Shown: positions 28,522 to 43,337, counted from the first letter of the stretch. The stretch is 64,000 bases of DNA from Eledone cirrhosa (GCA_964016885.1 OZ024740.1:348068001-348132000), one strand, 5' to 3'. Made by a program: numbers and translations. The notes: generated from the letters alone by a model not told the origin.

Positions 28522-29009
28522 AAATAAGATTTCGCTTCATGCATATCTTTAAACAATATAGAAATTTCGTATCTCCAAAGAAATACGGTTTTATATATAT
28601 ACATACATGATATTTTCTGGTAAATTATTGAAAAGAAAAACGGCAACAATATATATTTGTATGTATTATCTGTGGTGTGTGTGTTTTGTTGAACTTCGTT
28701 TTCTTTTTAAATATTCAAAGCAGAACATTTTGCCTTCACTAGAAATATATTACACATCTTTGTATCCCTAAAACTGGCGAAAATATATTTATTGTCGCCT
28801 TGCCCAATTCTTATTAACTTATTTCAGAATTATGATGAATCTCAGGCATCTCTATGTTTGTTTACCCACAGTGTTATTTTCTACTCCCGTATGTCTGCTT
28901 TCACATATCATTTGCTCGCATAGAGTGTTCCATGCTTAACGAGTAAGTGAAACATGTGAAGATTAAGAAGAGGACGTGGATGATTGTGAAACAGGCCAGT
29001 GTCCATGAT

Positions 29010-29340
29010 CACGACTAAAATAATTACGATGATCATAAATGTGATGAGTATGATGAGTATCGTTGTATTGATGATGGTCTTAATGATATTGATAATTTAG
29101 TTGATGATGGTGATAATGGAGATAAAAATTATTGCGATGAATTATAAGAGTGGGAGGACAAGAAATATGATATTGAAATGGAAGATGAAAATTATAGCCG
29201 GTAGCGTAAATATGATGATGGTGATGACGACGATTACATTGATGGTAATGATAATGATGATGGCCAAGACGATTATACTGCTGTTGCTGCTAGGGATGGT
29301 GATGATTGTGATCATAATGAAGATGATGATGATATTAATC
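29010..29340. repeat. Degenerate (ATG)n low-complexity tract
   Basis: Directly visible. Confidence 0.8.
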
Positions 29341-31839
29341 TTCGTTCTTGTCTGTACTTTCTAAGTTTATGTTTCATCACAAGAGTGGCAATGAAATACA
29401 AATAAATACTGATATCCCTTAAATCGATGTAATCTAAAGACCTTTAGCCAAACGTCGAAATCATTATGAGATTATAAGATACAGCTTCCCGCCAGAGCAG
29501 TTTGAGAAAAACATGTTCTGAAGATAGATACCTGGTGAAATTTCGTACATCGACATATGAACCAAGACACGTATCAATACAAATCAAAATGATATTGGTT
29601 CATCTCGGTATTAGACGGTAAGCCACGAGATTATAAGCATGCAGAAAAATAGTGACTTTCTGAAAGATTTGAATGGAAATCGTTTTAAGATTATAGCCGC
29701 TGGATTTTATGACTGCTCTGTTGCTAGCATAATTAAATTAATTTCTAAATGTTGTCTACCATGTACATTACTTTATACAATTGTACTCGTGTTTCTTTGA
29801 TTCAGGTCGTATATTGCTAGAATAGGAAAAACAAATTAGATGTGTCAATTGTTTCATTTCATAAAAGGAACAGCTATTAATATAGCTATGTCTTAAATAC
29901 ATTAAAGGTCGACTTGAGTAGAATTAATGGAATGTGAGCCAGACCTGTCCAGTATTTAGTAAAATAATGTTAACATAAATGTTATTTATATTTGTTTAGC
30001 GTTACACATTTCAAGGATAGCATAGTCTATTAAATCGATTACAGAATATTAATGAATTTACATTAGATGTTTGGAACGATCGTCATTGTTGGAATGTAAA
30101 ACGCAGGGATACAAGAGGAAATACTAAAATGTTTCAATTCCATTGCACTACTATTTTTGATAAATTTTGTCGTTAATGTTTATCAGAAAATTAGTGAAGG
30201 TCAGAAAGTTACCTCCATGGCAAATCCAATGCTGTGAAAAAATAAACTACATTTTAGTTAAATCAGATAATCAAATAGTTACGGTACTCAGTCAACGACG
30301 ATGCACTCTATCTATGTACAAAGTATCTGAGTTTTGCATACTCCAAAACTGTATTCATAAGTAAAGACAATAATAAAGTAAATCAAGAACGTAAAGTCAT
30401 CAAATGAGTATTGTACATACTGAAGTAAGGAAACGAGATATTTATTTTGGAAAACGTTTTGGACATTTGTAATTTGTTCTTATTAATATAGATGCTTTGA
30501 ATATAACAACAAAGAGATTGACGTTATTGATATCGTAAGAAGAACAATTAATGAAACTATATAGAGTCGTAGTCTATTTAGTATGTTTGACGCCATTAGA
30601 AACATTGCCTTTCAACTCTACGGAGCCTAAAAAAATTAGTACAACACTTGAGACGAGGGAAACGATTATACCTACAGAGGTTGATTTTAGGCTATATCAA
30701 AAGGAATTAGTAATATTTAAATATATAGCAAGGCATTGAATTGGCAGAATCATTAGAGCGTTGTATGTAATGACTAAAGTTATTTGTTCTGGCTTTCTCT
30801 ACTCCGAGTTAAAACTTAGCCAGAATCTAGTTTGTCTCTAATCCTTTAGAAATAGAATGCATATCCAGTTTTTGGAGTCACACTGATGTAATCTTCTGTG
30901 GTCAGACCTGGAGTGGGAAGGGCTTTATTTGGGATCAAATGTCGAAAACACACCGCTTATAACGACGGCGCTCCAATGACTTTATCAGGATTTGAGAGTC
31001 CACGACTAGACAAAACAAATCTTTAGTAACTTTTAAAAATTTAAAGGTAAGAGCTTTATTCAAAGGGTAGCATTATTTCTATCATTACTGTAGCTGAAAA
31101 CCTAAAACATTACACTGACCTTCATACCTAATACGCAACTCTGTCAGCGATTTACAAAGTGTATGGAAGACATTGTCAACAATGGCGGTTCTGGTTCAAA
31201 TAATAATGAGTGGTATTGTTTACTCAAAAACTATTTGTTACAAAGCTTCAATTGAATGAAAAAAATTCTGTAAACAATGTAAACATCAATGAAATATTAT
31301 TATTTGCTAAATCATTGAACTCCTCAAATCATACAATATATTTAATTCAATTTATGTTATTTAAATTCGTTTAAATACAATTCACGCAACAAAACCGTTT
31401 ACAAGTCAACTTTTCTGTAGCATTGGATTGTATTATTATTCCAAGTGGGACAAGCATAAAGGCAATAAACACTAATATGTTTACTTCAGATCAATATTTA
31501 TTATTATTCCCGATATCACTTTCTTGGTTTTATAGGATATTCTAGAAATATATTTCGCATGCTTTTCCTCAGTTTCTGACTAACCAATACAATTCAACAT
31601 TCTGTCAAACTGGTTCGGCGTAATAAATAGAGTAATTGTGGATATAGGGCGTACGAATCCCCTTAAGTAGAAAGAAAGATAGGAAGCAACAAAAAGTGGG
31701 ATATTAAAGGTGAAGAATGGGAAAAGAAGGCAGGAAAGATGAAGGGAATGGAAAGAGCTACGGATGAAGAACTTCCAATAGTCCTTTTCATAGCTGAATT
31801 TCCAATTTACGTTATTGCAGATCGGGCATGAGGATTTCG

Positions 31840-31876
<37 letters not shown>

Positions 31877-31881
<5 letters not shown>

Positions 31882-32078
31882 GACGAAGGAGTTGTGGTAA
31901 GGAACCAGCTGGACCCTAACGTAACAGAGTACTCAATACTTACTGTAGTAGAGTGGATAATAGGAAAATGTATGACCCCGACGGCAGAGCTCAAGCCGTT
32001 TCGACGGCTATTTCTGGACTGAAATAGCCGTCGAAACGGCTTGAGCTCTGTCGTCGGGGGTCATACATTTTCCTATAT
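31877..32078 (-). mobile_element. Tiny fold-back element truncated within the hammerhead
   Basis: Arms 31960-32017 / 32020-32076 carry cGAAA cggcttgagctctgycg TC gggg; tail TTGAGTACTC; related fragment at 19485-19545. Confidence 0.75.
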
Positions 32079-33404
32079 ATATATTCAAAGATATACGCAT
32101 ACATACGTATATTCATATTTACACATGACTACGAATAACACACTTATATCTTCTGTTTGTTTGATATACTGCAATTATGTTTAGAAATCTTTGATCATGC
32201 ATAGATGTAACTAACTTGAATACTCGTGTTCCCCTTATGTTCTCTTATTTTAATATATTTAAATTTTCTTTCTATGAAGAATACTTCTGCGTTGTCTATT
32301 CTGTCCATTCAAGATATCTGGCATTTATACTATTGATTTGAGACTATTTGTTAAGACGGTTAATGGACAGAGTGGTTATACTATTTGATAGAATGATTCT
32401 TAGTATTCTTTACGACTCTCTACGTTCTGAGCTGAAAGCCCTTCGAAGACAACTTTCCTGTTTAAAGTTTGGTGATCATAAATAATAACAGTACAAAAGT
32501 GGGATTCTATTCTATCTCACCTTAGATAAATATATATGCTCTCTAAGAAAAAATATATTATAATGATTTGTAAACATCACATAGAGGGATTTGGAAATTG
32601 AAATAATTGAGTAACTTCGCGGTATTTCTTAGGCTTATCCACCTTGTTTATCATTAGACTATTTTCTGCAATAAAAATATGAATACAGCGAAGTTACCAA
32701 ATCAATTCAAGTTTATAATGAATTCAAGATAAATTATAACGTTTTGCTTCGTAGCCTATAATCAACTGTGATCGAGCAAGTGATAAACAATCGGTTTTCC
32801 TTTTCAAGAACACGGTGCATCTATGCTAACATCAACCAAACAGTCATCCTTTTTTAAAGAAACTTGAGCGTGAATTTGAAGAAAATTGGATGCGATCTAT
32901 AGAATTGGATAGGAATCTTTTAAAATTTGTTTGATTTCAATTTTTCCTTAATTCTTCTTTCTTCGTAGTTACATAATGACACTTTCTAGCGTGAGGAATA
33001 TTGTCAGACATTTGGGGAAAGGTATATACATAACTGAACAGAATTCTTGAAATATTAACTTAAAGCGTAGAAAATAGAAGAGAATCACTGGTGGATATCG
33101 AAACATGCATCCTCAGAATACCAGAAAGTCGTTACTTTGTTTCAAAGTTTATAGTCAAGACAAGATTTAATTTCCAGTGTTACATGTGAATTTATTCGTT
33201 GTGCTAGCTTTCCATAAAGCAAATCATATATATATAATAAACGTACCAATTATTATGCCTTCATTACGTTCATTTAGTAGTGACGCGCGTTTTGCTATTG
33301 ATCAGCTCAAAGTTCGATCTGTATCGATCTAGCCCGACTCTAGAATCAAAAGCTGGTCGGACATCTGCTGTTGTAATGTTCATTCTCTCATTACCACAGC
33401 AGAC

Positions 33405-33487
33405 GTCCGATGAGCTTTTGATTCTAGAGTCGGGGTAGATCAATATAGATCGAACCTTGACCTGATCAAAAGCGAAACGAGCGTCAC
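33405..33487 (+). ncRNA. Hammerhead variant (CCGAUGA core, long stem II)
   Basis: gt CCGATGA gcttttgat...atcaaaagc GAAA cgagcg TC ac..AATAAA; stem I only 2 bp. Confidence 0.6.
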
Positions 33488-33541
33488 TACTCAATAAACG
33501 TAATGAAAGCATAACAATTCGTCTTTTTATTATTATATTTA

Positions 33542-33725
33542 CGGTGGATTGGCAGTGTCAGTAGAGGGTCGGACGCCATGCTTTGACGCATAGAGTTACG
33601 CCCCTTTCCATTCTGAGTTCAAATCACGTCGAGGTTAACTTTGCCTTTCATCCTTACGGGGTCGATAAAATAAAGTACCAGTAATGCACTGGGTAATTGC
33701 TGGCCTTGTGCCAAAAGTAGAAACA
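33542..33725 (+). mobile_element. tRNA-derived SINE
   Basis: A/B boxes (TTGGCAG, GAGTTCAAATC); 13-bp TSD ATTATTATATTTA. Confidence 0.85.
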
Positions 33726-33830
33726 ATTATTATATTTAAACTTTGTTTAGTTCTACACCTTGTTACAGACGGGAAACTATGCACCGAATGCTCACCTGGG
33801 TGAACCTACAGTAACAGCACGTTAAAATCC

Positions 33831-33870
<40 letters not shown>

Positions 33871-34007
33871 CATAATATATATATATATAAGTCTGTGTTA
33901 GTGTATGTATGCGTGTGTGTGTATGTGTGTGTCTTTTCACACATGTAAGTGCATATATATGTACGAGGGGATATCTTTGGGCATGTATGTGTATATATAT
34001 ATATATG

Positions 34008-34040
<33 letters not shown>

Positions 34041-34047
34041 TAATAAT

Positions 34048-34181
34048 TGTTTCTACTTTAGGCACAAGGCCAGCAATTACACAGTACATTACTGGTACTT
34101 TATTTTATCGACACGTAAGGATGAAAGGCAAAGTTAACCTCGGTGGGATTTGAACTCAGAATGTAAAGGGACGTAACTATC
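34048..34181 (-). mobile_element. 5'-truncated tRNA-derived SINE
   Basis: Reverse complement of the same family; TSD-like AGAGAGAGTAATAAT. Confidence 0.8.
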
Positions 34182-36617
34182 AGAGAGAGTAATAATGTTC
34201 ACTGTTGATGTTAGTAATTTATGCCACCAACATTTTTAACTGTTGCAGTCATTGCCATTTCGCAAGTTAAGTTGATCTCGAAGTGAATAATTCTTTGCGT
34301 AATTCTTTGTTCAGTCATTGGTATAAGGCACGCATTTTGGACAGCAACAACCTGAGTTAAATGTATTTCTCAACGAAATCTGTTAACAAACTTTGATTAA
34401 CAGTTGGAATATGCAATTAGATATGGAGACTCATTCCTAAATAATTAAATTGCGTAATACTAACTTACGTTATGAGGTGAAATTTTCTGATGAAATATGT
34501 AATTGCTAACACAATTCGCCTTGTTTCCACTCCTAAACAATTTGAGAAATACCAACTAATCTACATATATACATTTATGTGTGTAGGTAGATGCGTTGTT
34601 TGCTTTGATGTAATTATAGCAATTTATGTGTTATATTATAGAATAATGTGCCAAGAAATGTAAAGCAAACACTATAAGAGTTAGTTACTACCTTCACTCG
34701 GTTTCGATTTCCTGTTAAAATTAATTAAATCTTCCTACATCGGTAATGACATCACATTAGTTCGTGGAACCAGCAACAACATTCCATTCATTGCTAAAGG
34801 AAATACTCCTGGCTTGATCCATAGATAAGGAATCGATATCGGCAAACTTTATAAGTTTCTACGATATTACAACGCATGTCTCTTAATTGACAGATTCTTT
34901 GCTGAACGACTAGGTATGAACACCACATCTAGATTATTCAAATTTAGTATGCTTTTATACGCCACCAGATTCTGATAGTCTCCATCTTGAGCTCATGTTT
35001 TAAAATGTTGAGTCACATAAATATTGAGTGATATTTTAGTACAGATACTTAAATATATAACGATGATTTGTTAAGATAACTCAAATCATTTTCCTATAAT
35101 ATCTTACTTCAAAATCAATAAATAAGATTATATTTTACAGTACTAGTATTCCCATATCTGCAACATATGACTACGATAGCTAATTATCTACTAAATTTCG
35201 ATCGATTTCCCGATGATCATAATTTGATATTCCTAATTTGGATTGGTACTTAATTCCTGAATGGATTTGAGCGAGGAATACGTATTTCTATATTAAAAGC
35301 AATTACATTTGTAACCATTAAGCAACTAAGCACATGCAATCTGTTTGAATCTATTTACACTTTGTTTAGTTCCACACCTTGTACATTGAATCATTCAATG
35401 GGTTTGATATTAACACTCTTACTATTGAACACTATTTTCGATTATATAGACATAAGAACTTCACTATGTTATGGACCACTCATAGCTGAAATGCTAATTA
35501 ATTCGCAATCTTATTTTTGTACTAAACCAATATATATCCACAAAATTCCAATGTTTTGAGAGGAAACAGACAGTGGACATTTGAACACAAAATGTAAGAG
35601 AGCAAACACCAAAAAGAAATTTATCTGAAACTCTATCTATTTGATTTAATATTCTATTTTAACTTTTTAAAATGCAAGTAGTGTTTATCAAAATATATTA
35701 ACATCCCTCCAAATGAGGTATTAATTCTGTTTTTATGATTCATTCTACGATAATGTATTAAATGAATTATATACTCACAATAATATTAAAACATGGTCAA
35801 AGCGATCAATATAGTCCAATTTCACTACATATTTTTCAATCTTTTATCATTGGTGTTATTAGAAACGATAGAAAGAAATCCGCAAAAATATCAACATATG
35901 CACACACACTAACACATACATACCATCATATTTATATGATGGTATGTATGTGTATATGTATGTATGCATTTATGTATGTGTGTATGTATTTCATTCTGGT
36001 TTTATAACTTTATAATTTTATTTACCAATAGAGAGAGTCAGTTTCTAATATAGACACAAGACTCTCTCACAGAAATTTCAACAACATCAACTAGGTAGAT
36101 GCGTATGCATGTCTGTATGCATATAGTGCAGGTATGGATGATATTGTATGTGTGGATGTGTATGTTTTGAGTTGTATGTGTGCATGTGGATATGCTTTGT
36201 ATCTGTACGTATGTACAAGAAGTTATTATTTGTGCAAACATGGCTATCATTAAGTGGAATCTTTTACATTCAGGAATCTTTTACATTTCACCAACTCACA
36301 GTATAAAAGAGCACGATTCGTTCTCTTTCTGCCCTACAGTCAGTTTTTATTCAACTTCTATCCAACTGCTATATATAATAACATACCTGGGTTTCCTTTC
36401 TCTTTCAATATAAAATAGAATGTGAGAAATCACAGAAACATCTAGATGTCTAGGAAACATCTAGATGTCCATATCTCTTTCTAATTTCTAATTAATTCTA
36501 GAGCATAGTCGTTGTATAAATCTCTCGTTCAAATGAAATACGATGCAACATGTGACACACGTACACACACACACTTACACATACACACACTCACAAACAC
36601 AGGCACACGCGCACGTA

Positions 36618-36676
<59 letters not shown>

Positions 36677-37034
36677 CTATTCTTGAAATTGACAATTACA
36701 AAAACATATATATTCACTTTACAATTGATGCAATATCGAAATTAGAATCTAGTTATTTATTAATTGAATAACGGAGACGTTTGATATTTTAAAGTTTTGC
36801 TGTAATCGACAGAACATTGAAGTAACATGTCTGTAGTTTAATTAATTAATTAATCACATATATATATATATATGTGTGTGTGTGTGTTTGTGTGTGGGTG
36901 CATGTGTTTGTGCGTGCGAGCTTGTCACTATGTGTGCGTCGCACGCACACACATATGCACCCATCCACACACACACACACACCCACCCATCCACACACAC
37001 GCACACGCACACGCACACGCACACACGCACACAT

Positions 37035-37067
<33 letters not shown>

Positions 37068-37525
37068 GATGTATGTATGTATCTATAAATAACGCAATGA
37101 TTATTACAGTGAATTAATTCCGTAACTAGATTTCATGTTTATCACGCCATAGCAATTTTTACATTACCTTTACAACTGACATTTCCAATGTCCAGTGTCT
37201 TCCCGGGGTCATATATTTCTTAATGGTACAGTCTACTGATCAAGATCCCGGATGAACCCAGAGCACGATGCAAAGCTCAAATAAGAGCAGCAGCCCAAAA
37301 CTCCCTTTTGCATCAGTGGCCAGCCAGGGAAGGCTTGTTATAGAAAGTGTAGCATCAGTGGCGGTGCTCCAGCATGACCTCAACCCCTCGGCTGGAACGC
37401 AAATAAATACACAAGTAAATATATGAATTTTTACGTGTGTATGTATGAATACTCATATATTTGCCTGTGTGTGCACGCACTTATGTATGTATGTTCTTCT
37501 GCTTTCATTTCTTTATGAATATTTA

Positions 37526-37748
37526 GGGCGGTGGATTGGCAGTATCAGAGGAGGGTCGGAGGACATGCTTTGCTGCATAGAGTTACGGTCCTTTACAGTC
37601 TGAGTTCAAATCCCGCCGAGGTGAACTTTGCCTTTCGTCCTTACGGGGGTCGATAAAATAAAGCACCAGTAACGTACAGGGATCGATTTAATCGACTTTC
37701 CCCTTCTCTCAAAATTACTGGCCTTGCGCCTATACAAAAAATCATTAT
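37526..37748 (+). mobile_element. Full-length tRNA-derived SINE (Octopus-type)
   Basis: GGGCGG start, A box, B box GAGTTCAAATCC; 14-bp TSD TTTATGAATATTTA at 37512-37525 and 37749-37762. Confidence 0.88.
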
Positions 37749-37890
37749 TTTATGAATATTTACCAATAGAGAGAGAGCTGATTTCTAACATAGACAATAC
37801 TCTTTCGTTTGAATTTAAACATCACCTAGGTAAATATGTCTGCATGTCTGCATGCGTGTGTGTGAGTGTGTGTGTGTGGGCGCGCGCATG

Positions 37891-38087
<197 letters not shown>

Positions 38088-38427
38088 AAGTATGTGTGCA
38101 AGTATGTATGTTATTGTATGTGTGGATTTGTATATTTTGATTCGCAAGTGTACTCGAGCATAGGTTTCATATCTATACAGGTATATAAGCAGTTAATACA
38201 TGCAGAATGTTTGGAAAGTTTTACATCTTTGCAGTTCTATTAACTGATTTTACTCCTATCTAGTCGAGTCCTTTTTGGTTCTGCAAAGCCCAGCTTCTGA
38301 ATATTTGTACTGAAGCAGTTAATAATATATCCCTGAGACACAATATTCACAGATATAAATCTGAAAGCATAGTCATGGTGGAGTATTTGTATGTATATAT
38401 GCATGTATCTATGTATGTATGTATGTG

Positions 38428-38711
38428 TGTCAGGTCACCAGTTGGTTCTACTGGTAACATGTATCCCAGTACAACCTGTCCCATGGTCGGGTCATTAGCG
38501 ACTAAACTGGTAACCCCACCAAGGTTTCTTGGTGAGGAGGGTGACTTTGGACATCCTGCAAGACTAAAAACAAAACCTGTCAAAGGGCAAAGGAGATCTT
38601 AAGAGTCATTGGCCATCCAAAATCACCGGGAGAGATGACCCCTTAGCCTTTGTCAAGGCAGAATTCTAGGAGAAGGAAAACTGATATAACACCTGCAACC
38701 CTGATGGTATC
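38428..38711 (+). mobile_element. RTE-derived element, 5' half
   Basis: Matches the first ~285 nt of 44349-44960. Confidence 0.75.
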
Positions 38712-39011
38712 ACACAGGGAATATCTCTCGAGGAGTTCCTTCCCAACTCTCATGATCTGATCTGTTTCATGCAGATAGACTTGCCCGAGATACGGGCTCC
38801 TACGCTTCGAGGTTCGTAGATGTTGTCGGAGAGATATGATGCGACATTCAAATGTTGTTTGGACTGATGTTAGGCCTCTGCCTCCCTGCTTACATTTCAA
38901 GTAAAGGCGGTCTATGTCACTGTTGATTAGGAAGTTTCCGGTGTTCAGTATTTTTCGAGTTCCAACATCAACTGCTCGGATTTCGTCTATCGTCCAAAAA
39001 TCAACAAAACT
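38712..39011 (-). pseudogene. Non-LTR RT thumb-region fragment (R4/Dong-like)
   Basis: WTIDEIRAVDVGTRKIL..NSDIDRLYLKCKQGGRGLTSV. Confidence 0.7.
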
Positions 39012-39042
39012 GTATGTATGCATATATGTATGTATGTATATG

Positions 39043-39605
39043 TGTCTCATGGTCGGGTCGTTGGCGACTAAACTACCAACCCCACCAAGGTTTCTTGGTG
39101 AGGAGGGTGACTTTGGACATCCTACAGGACTAAAAACAAAACCTGTCAAAGGGCAAAGGAGCTCTTAAGAGTCAATGGCCATCCAAAATCACCGGGAGAG
39201 ATGACCGCCTTAGCCTTTGTCAAGGCAGAATTCTAGGAGAAGGAAAACTCTGATATAACACCTGCAACCCTGATGGTATCCAATGATGTTGACTTGTTCT
39301 CTTCTTTTTGGTAAATATCATCTTGGTTAAGAGAGTGGGACTGGCTTTGTGCAGTGCCTTTGCTCACTATAAAAGCTTCACGGCACAGGCATTGCTTTAT
39401 ATCTGGAGATCTCTCTGCACTTGTCGTCACATGGTACCATGGGCCCAGCACTGTGTCAATAATTGTCACAAGTGTAGTGTTTGTACCAGAGTTTACAAGT
39501 CGCTGGCTGGACTAAAAAGTCACACTCGTTCAGCGCATCGGTAAGGGTTCTCCTACATGGATATAAAGTAGTGGCCGTACTCGAAAACGAGTTGGCAGCC
39601 ACCAT
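39043..39605 (+). mobile_element. RTE-derived non-autonomous element
   Basis: CTAGGAGAAGGAAAACTCTGA (RTE 5'UTR-like); [24 protein letters not shown]2H2-like ORF end; CTCG-AAAA-CGAG hairpin; (TGTA)n tail. Confidence 0.75.
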
Positions 39606-39881
39606 GTATGTATGTATGTATGTATGTATAAATTCATGCCGTTCAAGGCGACGTTAGTGTACCATAATGTGTATATATGTGTTACATTCAACGTCCATTT
39701 CACATTATAATTTCATATTTACATCTTTTATTGTATTTGACTACATTGGACAAATATTTCTAAAAGTTATTTCCAATTAACTCATATGCTATTTTTTATC
39801 TTTTGTGATGGAGTTCCTATAGATTAGTACATTGTTATACTCCATTTTGGAGATCCATACTATTGTAAACTGCAATATCAA

Positions 39882-39944
<63 letters not shown>

Positions 39945-40422
39945 TATATCGGTTGACGTCTTTGTGCTTTCCTAGATGTCCAAAAGAACACTTTCATAAT
40001 CTCAAATATGATCTCTCATAATATACAATTGTATCTGTCTTTTGAATGTAATGTATCTATTTAGAAATGAAATCTGACAATATGTCTGTTCCAGACAGAC
40101 AGATTTTAATCAATAGGATGTTGTAGAAGATTTAATATGCATATTTATGTCCTAACACATAGGATGGTCAGATGTAGAATCCGTTATTTATATTCCTCAG
40201 TATTCTTTGTCCTCACCACCACCACTTTTGTGATTTACATTTTGTTAAATGTGCATTTATGGAGTATGATTTTATTGCGGTCACAAAACTATCATTTTAT
40301 TATTTTCTTTTTTGTTTCAAATAATAGTGGTTTTATTCTTTATCATTACCTCTGCACTTCTCTCTCTCTCATTCTCTATCTCTACTCCTCTCGCTCTCTC
40401 CCCCCCCCCTCTCTCTCTCTCT

Positions 40423-40453
<31 letters not shown>

Positions 40454-42440
40454 GGATAATGCATATACACATCTACAGACACATACATACTGACAAACAT
40501 ATACACAAGCATGTGTGTTTACATATATGAGCATGTTCAACATATTTCTTTTCTCAGAAATGTAACCATTCCTGATGCTACAACTAATCAAAGACGTGAC
40601 TTAAATGTTACATATTTCATCTCTGTTTAAAATAAACACTTTTTTGTTTTACAAAACTGTTAAATGAAAAATAGGAAAATAAATATTTGAAAAACACTTA
40701 CAAAAAAATTACAACGTTGTCAAGTGAGACATTGAATGTTAGAAAATATATTTCGTTCGATCCGTTTAGATTACACGAATTTGTTGACTGTTTTTAATAT
40801 TGCCTGATCGAACAGATCTATGGTAAAAACCAACGCCGTTAGTATGATCTAATACTTTATGGGCGATCTAGGAATACATTATATAATGTCTCCTTCCCCT
40901 TTCATGATTAAAACTATTAGGGCCTCCTTTTCTGGCAAGTCGAGCGATTGCATGAAAACAACCCCGTTAGTTTGTCATCATGTTACTTATTTGATTACAT
41001 AATGATATCCAGTAGTTTAGTTTCCATTAACCATTTGTTGAAATCATTTCATACATAACCATTCGTTTTATATCTTATTATCTGCGTGTACGTATTTCCC
41101 AACAATATGTTTTCTATACAACATATTGATTCTGCTCAAGAGCACATATCATCAAGGGCCGTAAGCATACCGTCTATATTTTAGATATAATGTGTTTAGG
41201 ACATCATCTCTAGCGTATACCTATTTAATAACCCCTGGTGTGTTTCAAGGACGAGATTAGCAGTCTCTCAATCCATATATATGCTCACTCGTGGCTTTTA
41301 TCTCTTATGGATTTACATTGATTCAACATCTGGAGACATCTCAGACGCAGCGAATAGCCATTTTGATTATTGTTTCCTCTTTAAGTAAGAATTCATATTT
41401 GTCATTTTCCTTCGAGTCTAAATAGATATGAGTACATGTATCCATTTATTTATTAATAGCTCACGTTGAATTGTGGTTATATTCTTGTATCTATTATTTT
41501 AGTCCCGCAATCCAAACCACAGAGGGAGAAAACAACTGTAAACTCTGTTAAATATCAAATTCACTACGTAAAATGACACTGCTGTCTATACAGTGTAATA
41601 CATTTCCTAACGTCATATCACCTTTTAGCGTCTCGTAGTGTTTATGCTTTACTTATTACCAAATGTCTTCTATTTATGTTCAGCTGGTTCATTCCCCGAT
41701 TGGAAATTAATTTCTTTATAACGAAAACTCTCTATATGTTTTTCATAGTTTACATTATTGAAAAGTGATAGTTCTCATGTGATATTAAAACTTGTGGTTT
41801 TGTGTGATTTTGGTCAGAAGAAACGTACATACTCTCTGACCTTAGTAAATCCTTCGAGACTGGTTTGATTTATGAGGCTAATGCTGAGCTTGAGTATATG
41901 TAAGGAAACGCTGGAGAAGTGAGGTTGGTCATAAAGTGTTCACAAAAAAGATGTTTGAGTGAGGGGAGTTAGAAAGAAAGCGGGAAAAGGAGACACGGAA
42001 TTTCTGTTGAAACGAAGTGAGAAAAGCATGGTATTGCGTACTGAGATTCGTCTGAGAAGAAACCGTTGTGCTAGTGAATTAAGTAGCCGTAAGGCGCTAC
42101 AGTCTACCTGTATAGCTAATATTAATTGTTAACTGTATTATTATGAAGTATTTTCGACAAACATGTTTAAAAATACATTTTGAGACTAGTATTTCAAAAG
42201 AGTAATAAAAAGAAAATTTTCGGATTAGTTTGCAAGGCCTGAGGATGAAAACATTCTCCAGATATATGTAGCAGGTGCAGTTTAAAATCGCAAGACATAA
42301 CATATGAATATAAATTGTTATTCACAGGTATATATTTATAGTGTATTCTTGATTTATTCAACACACACACGCGCACGCACACGCACACGCACACACTCTA
42401 TCTCACACACACATACATACACACGCACAGACACACACAC

Positions 42441-42502
<62 letters not shown>

Positions 42503-42574
42503 GTGTGTGTGTGTGTATATATGTATACATACATATACATATATACATATATATATATACACACATACAAACAC

Positions 42575-42875
42575 TGGGAGTGAAGGACCCATAGCCTTTG
42601 TCAGGGCATTCTTCTATGAGAAGGCAACTCAGGAAACTGGGATAACTACGACATAAAACCTGCAGCTGAGTAGTGACCGATGATGTTGATCTTTTCTTCT
42701 TTTCGGGTTATGGCTACTGTCGCTCAGAGAGTGGGATTGGCTCAGTGCACAGTCTTCTTCACTTTAAAAAAATCTTCACGTACATGCATTGGACGATAGA
42801 ATTAATAAATAATTATTAATAATGGTGTAACGGGCAATGGCCATACTCGATAACGAGGGGGCAGCCATCATCATG
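42575..42875 (+). mobile_element. Diverged relative of the RTE-derived element
   Basis: TAGCCTTTGTCAGGGC, GAGAGTGGGATTGGCT, GGCCATACTCGATAACGAG..GCAGCC. Confidence 0.65.
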
Positions 42876-42933
<58 letters not shown>

Positions 42934-42947
42934 TATATATATGTATA

Positions 42948-43245
42948 TAGATTATAAAAGAAAACGAACACAGATATATACATATATGTGTTCAAATCGT
43001 AAGGGACCAGATTCGGTAAAGTGAAAAGAATACTAACTATAGACAATTGGGTTTGCTTGTCTCAATTTAAGAAAAAATCACCTTAGCGAATCTGGTCCCT
43101 TACGATCTGAACACATATATGTATATATCTGTGTTCGTTTTTCTTTTATATTCTATTATAATATACGGCTCGGAAATATCTCTTTCTTAGAGCTATTTTG
43201 TTGTAAGAGACTATTTTGAGTTGCTAACTCAATATATACCTTTGA
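42948..43245 (+). mobile_element. Fold-back element in (TA)n, no hammerhead retained
   Basis: Arms ~42948-43035 / 43078-43155 plus an unpaired tail. Confidence 0.6.
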
Positions 43246-43337
43246 TATTTGTATATATATGCATATATATACATATATATATACATATATATATATATGT
43301 GTATATATATATGTATATATATATGTATATATATATG

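Larger units (their letters stand above)
27644..28592 (+). mobile_element. Hammerhead tandem element, family C (323-nt monomer)
   Basis: 27644.. repeats at 27967..; inverted fragment at 28518-28592 beyond a TCT(TA)n array. Confidence 0.8.
33235..33831 (+). mobile_element. Fold-back hammerhead element interrupted by a SINE
   Basis: Arms ~33235-33375 / 33395-33535; tail GAATGCTCACCTGGGTGAACCTACAGTAAC, then (TA)n. Confidence 0.75.

Noticed and set aside
29101-29364. Met/Ile-rich ORF
   Set aside because: Degenerate (ATG)n repeat.
30735-32510. Degenerate SINE-like patches at ~30735-30850 and ~32400-32510
   Set aside because: Similarity to the SINE is too patchy to set boundaries by eye.
34880-34920. 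Possible micro-exon AG|ATTCTTTGCTGAACGACTAG|GTATG
   Set aside because: Splice-like dinucleotides alone are not evidence; no supporting exons or homology.
37526-37620. tRNA gene
   Set aside because: A/B boxes belong to a SINE head with TSDs; no cloverleaf.
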